DNA from: the human T2T-CHM13v2.0 reference genome, Homo sapiens
NCBI RefSeq assembly: GCF_009914755.1
Contig: NC_060939.1
Reading direction: 5' to 3' (one strand)
DNA: 64,000 nucleotides
Each line of letters opens with the position of its first letter. Positions within the stretch are counted from its first letter, which is position 1. The notes beneath the pieces are model-generated. The model made no database searches and was not told where the DNA came from. It saw only the letters and a list, made by a program, of their open reading frames with translations. Positions 56,033 through 64,000 of this stretch are shown here, piece by piece. Made by a program: the position numbers and the translations under genes.

Positions 56033-56656
56033 GGGCCAGCCGCCGTGGCTCGCGCCTGTAATCCCAGCACTTTGGGAGGCTGAGGCAGGTGGATCACCTG
56101 AGGTCAGGAGTTCAAGACCACCCTGGCCAAAATGGCGAAACCCTGTCTTTACCAAAAATACAAAAAAAAAAAAAAAAAAATAGCCGGGTGCGGTGGCGCA
56201 CACCTATAGTCCCAGCTACTCGGGAGGCTGAGGCACGAGAATCCCTTGAACCTGGATAGCAGAGGTTTGCAGTGAGCTGAGATCATGCCACTGCACTCCA
56301 GCCTGGGTGACAGTGCGAGACTCCATCTCAATTAAAAAAAAAAAAAAAAAAAAGTTGGGCTGGGCTGGTGGCTCCCGCCTGTAATCCCAGCACTTTGGGA
56401 GGCCGAGGCAGGCAGATCACGAGGTCAGGAGATCGAGATCGAGACCATCCTGACCAACATGGTGAAACCCCATCTCTACTAAAAATAACAAAAATTAGCT
56501 GGGCGTGGTGGCATGTGCCTGTAATCCCAGCTACTCAGGAGTCTGAGGCAGGAGAATCGCTGAACCAGGGAGACGGAGGTTGCAGTGAGCACAGATCATG
56601 CCACTGCACTCAAGCCTGGCGACAGAGCGAGACTCTGTCTCAAAAAAAAAAAAAAA
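56033..56656 (+). mobile_element. Two head-to-tail Alus
   Basis: Dimers at 56033-56352 and 56358-56656; outer repeat tcactagg. Confidence 0.93.
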
Positions 56657-57109
56657 GTCACTAGGGATTTCCCTACTATATATCTTATGGACATTATCAT
56701 CATTACCTAACTTAATTTCTCTTCATGACCCTCCTTCCTTCTGGAAATACTTTTCCTTGCCTTTCATTTTTACTCTCTTGGTAGCACTTCTCCATCTCTA
56801 ACCACTCCCTCTCCATCTCTTTTAAAGTCTCTCTTATTTCTCCCAGCCTTTAAATATTGTTATCCCACAGGAATAGGTATAAGCCTTCACTCTTTTCCCA
56901 CTGGACACACTCTCTACGTGACCACTGCCTTTTACATAACTTTGGTTAGCATCTTTATGCTCTGGATTTCCGAATATATATCCCCAGCCCTGATTCCTAC
57001 TCCTGGGATCCAGGCCACATTGTTAACTACCTACTGGTCATCTCCACTTGAATTAATAAAAATAAATATGACAAAAATAAAAATGATTCATCTTTCTTAT
57101 ATACATATA

Positions 57110-58210
<1,101 letters not shown>

Positions 58211-58524
58211 TACCACTCATTTTCTTTTGCCACAAAATCTATTCCTATTAATGATATGCCAAACAGTCTGGTTCCCCTCCGTGATGTGCTGCTGCCTTGG
58301 CCCCACTGATGGCAGATAGGTAACTTGCTTCAGCCAATAAAATGTAAGCAGGAATGTCAGTTCCAAGCAGAATTTATAAGAGCTAGCTTGTGCGTTCATC
58401 ATGTCTCTTTTCTGTCTGCCACAAGCAATTTGTTTTAGAGAGAAGCTATTCCATCAGCATAAGTTCCATACTAGAGATGACATGGAGCAGAACTGCAGCT
58501 GATCCCCAGTGGATATGTAGCATT

Positions 58525-58894
58525 TTATATGGTTTGACTGTGTCCCCACCCAAATATCATCTTAAATTATAATCCCCATAATCCCCACATGTCTAGGGAG
58601 AGACCTGGTGGGAGGTAAATGGATCATGGGAGCGGTTTCCCCCATGCTGTTCTCATGATAGTGAGCTCTCACAAGAGCTGATGGTTTTATAAGGGCCTCT
58701 TCCACCTTTGCTCCTCATTCTTCTCTCTCTCACCTGCCCTAATATAAGATGTGACTCTTCCCCTTTCACCATAATTATAAGTTTCCTGAGGCCTCCCCAG
58801 CCATGCAGAACCGTGAGTCAATTAAACCTCCTTCCTTTATAAATTACCCAGCCTTGGGTGTTTGTTTATAGCAGTGTGAAAATGGACTAATACA
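58525..58894 (+). mobile_element. THE1C/D solo LTR nested in an older MLT1 LTR (~58270-58975)
   Basis: tatggtttgactgtgtccccacccaaat...ggactaataca; TSD Rcatt; MLT1 sequence resumes on both sides. Confidence 0.88.
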
Positions 58895-59304
58895 ACATTT
58901 GTTTTTGTAAGCCACTCAGATGCTTTGGGACATTTGTTACTGCATCATAACATAGCCTGGCCTAGAGGACACACTCATCCTATGTGACTGGCTCCACTGT
59001 CCCTCCAGGCTCCTTGACATGGCCTACAAGGCCCTGAAGATCAGGCTTGTTGACCTGTACAGCCTCATTTTTAGGCCATTCCCTCAACCACCCTATCCTC
59101 CAGACAGAATAAAATGCATTCAGGCCCTGGAATTTACTTCTTCCTCTCTCTTTCTCCCTCCCCCTAACCTGACTTAGCCTAAGTATTCATTATTACTGGA
59201 TTAATATAATATTAATAGCTATCTTTGCCTAAATATTTTCTATGCCCACAACATATATGCGTGTGTGCATGTGTACACACACATGTCTTGTGCTTTGTTG
59301 TCAG

Positions 59305-59306
<2 letters not shown>

Positions 59307-59346
<40 letters not shown>

Positions 59347-59347
59347 T
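59307..59347. repeat. (CA)n(TA)n microsatellite
   Basis: Direct read. Confidence 0.9.
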
Positions 59348-60168
59348 TGGTCTGACAACAACCCTAAGAATTAGGTGCCATATCCCATTTTACAAATCAA
59401 CAAAGACCCTAGATTTACTTTTCCTGGCGCTAGGAAGGGGTAGGACCAGAATTTGAACCTAGGTTCATTTCATTCCAAAGCCCTTCTTTGAGTCATTATG
59501 CTGTACTAAGAGATAAAGGTAATTGAATTTTAGTAAGCATTTACTATGTGGCAGGCATTATGCTAAATGGATATTAGCATGGACTTTTCATGGATTATAT
59601 TTAACGCACATAGAGAAATCCATGCACTTGAAGTATAGAATAGTGGTATCCTACAGCAGTTTAAGACCCTGAATTTGGAGACAGATAACATAATATGCAA
59701 CCTTGAGCAAATTACTAAAACTCTCTAAACTCTACATTCATCATCTGTAAAATGGAGCAATAAAATACACCTCAAAGGTTTTTGTGAGTATTAATATGAA
59801 TCAATTTTTAGAAAGCACTTAGAAAGCCTTAGCATAGAGAAAGAGGTCAAATTGTACCAACTATAATGTTTCTTTTGTCATCTAATCTCACAACAAACAT
59901 ATGAGGTGGGTGCTACTGTATAACTACCCACTTTGCTTCAGCTGCCCTGTCTTTTCCCACCTCCTGACTTCCACACATGAGTCCCTCCAGAATGTGCCTG
60001 CTCCTTTTTGCTACCTGATCAACTCCCACCCACCTCTAGGACTTGCCCTAGACATCCTTTCCTGAACTTTGGCAACAGGCTTAGTTGCTTCTTCCTCTGG
60101 GCTTCCATAGCATTTTGTATGAACTTCAATAGTTAGTCTTCTTTGAAAGCAAGGAACAAGAATCCACT

Positions 60169-64000
<3,832 letters not shown>

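Overview
Hominoid (very probably human) genomic DNA, mostly interspersed repeats. It holds the 5' end of SCAPER (S-phase cyclin A-associated protein in the ER) on the minus strand. I could place a CpG-island promoter with non-coding exon 1 (~54.3 kb), exon 2 carrying ATG-ATG (32854-32918), exon 3 (11472-11589) and exon 4 (6876-6946). These splice in frame to MMASFQRSNSHDKVRRIVAEEGRTARNLIAWSVPLESKDDDGKPKCQTGGKSKRTIQGTHKTTKQ. The gene continues off the left edge. The introns contain a full-length decayed L1PA5/6, several older L1s, an SVA_A-like element, an internally deleted LTR12C inside an Alu, THE1D and MLT1 LTRs, about 35 Alus, and MIR, L2 and DNA-transposon relics. Upstream of the promoter lie a MER57 LTR, a THE1 nested in an MLT1 and a decayed ERVL gag-pol. 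Almost every entry in the ORF track is repeat-derived noise. I see no evidence of a new protein-coding system. The best leads are regulatory: a gene-sense THE1D LTR that looks like an internal promoter, an L1 antisense promoter aimed at the start-codon exon, three uORFs packed into exon 2, candidate poison exons, and inverted repeats bracketing exon 4. Repeat subfamily calls are from memory of consensus sequences, and repeat boundaries without a quoted TSD are approximate.
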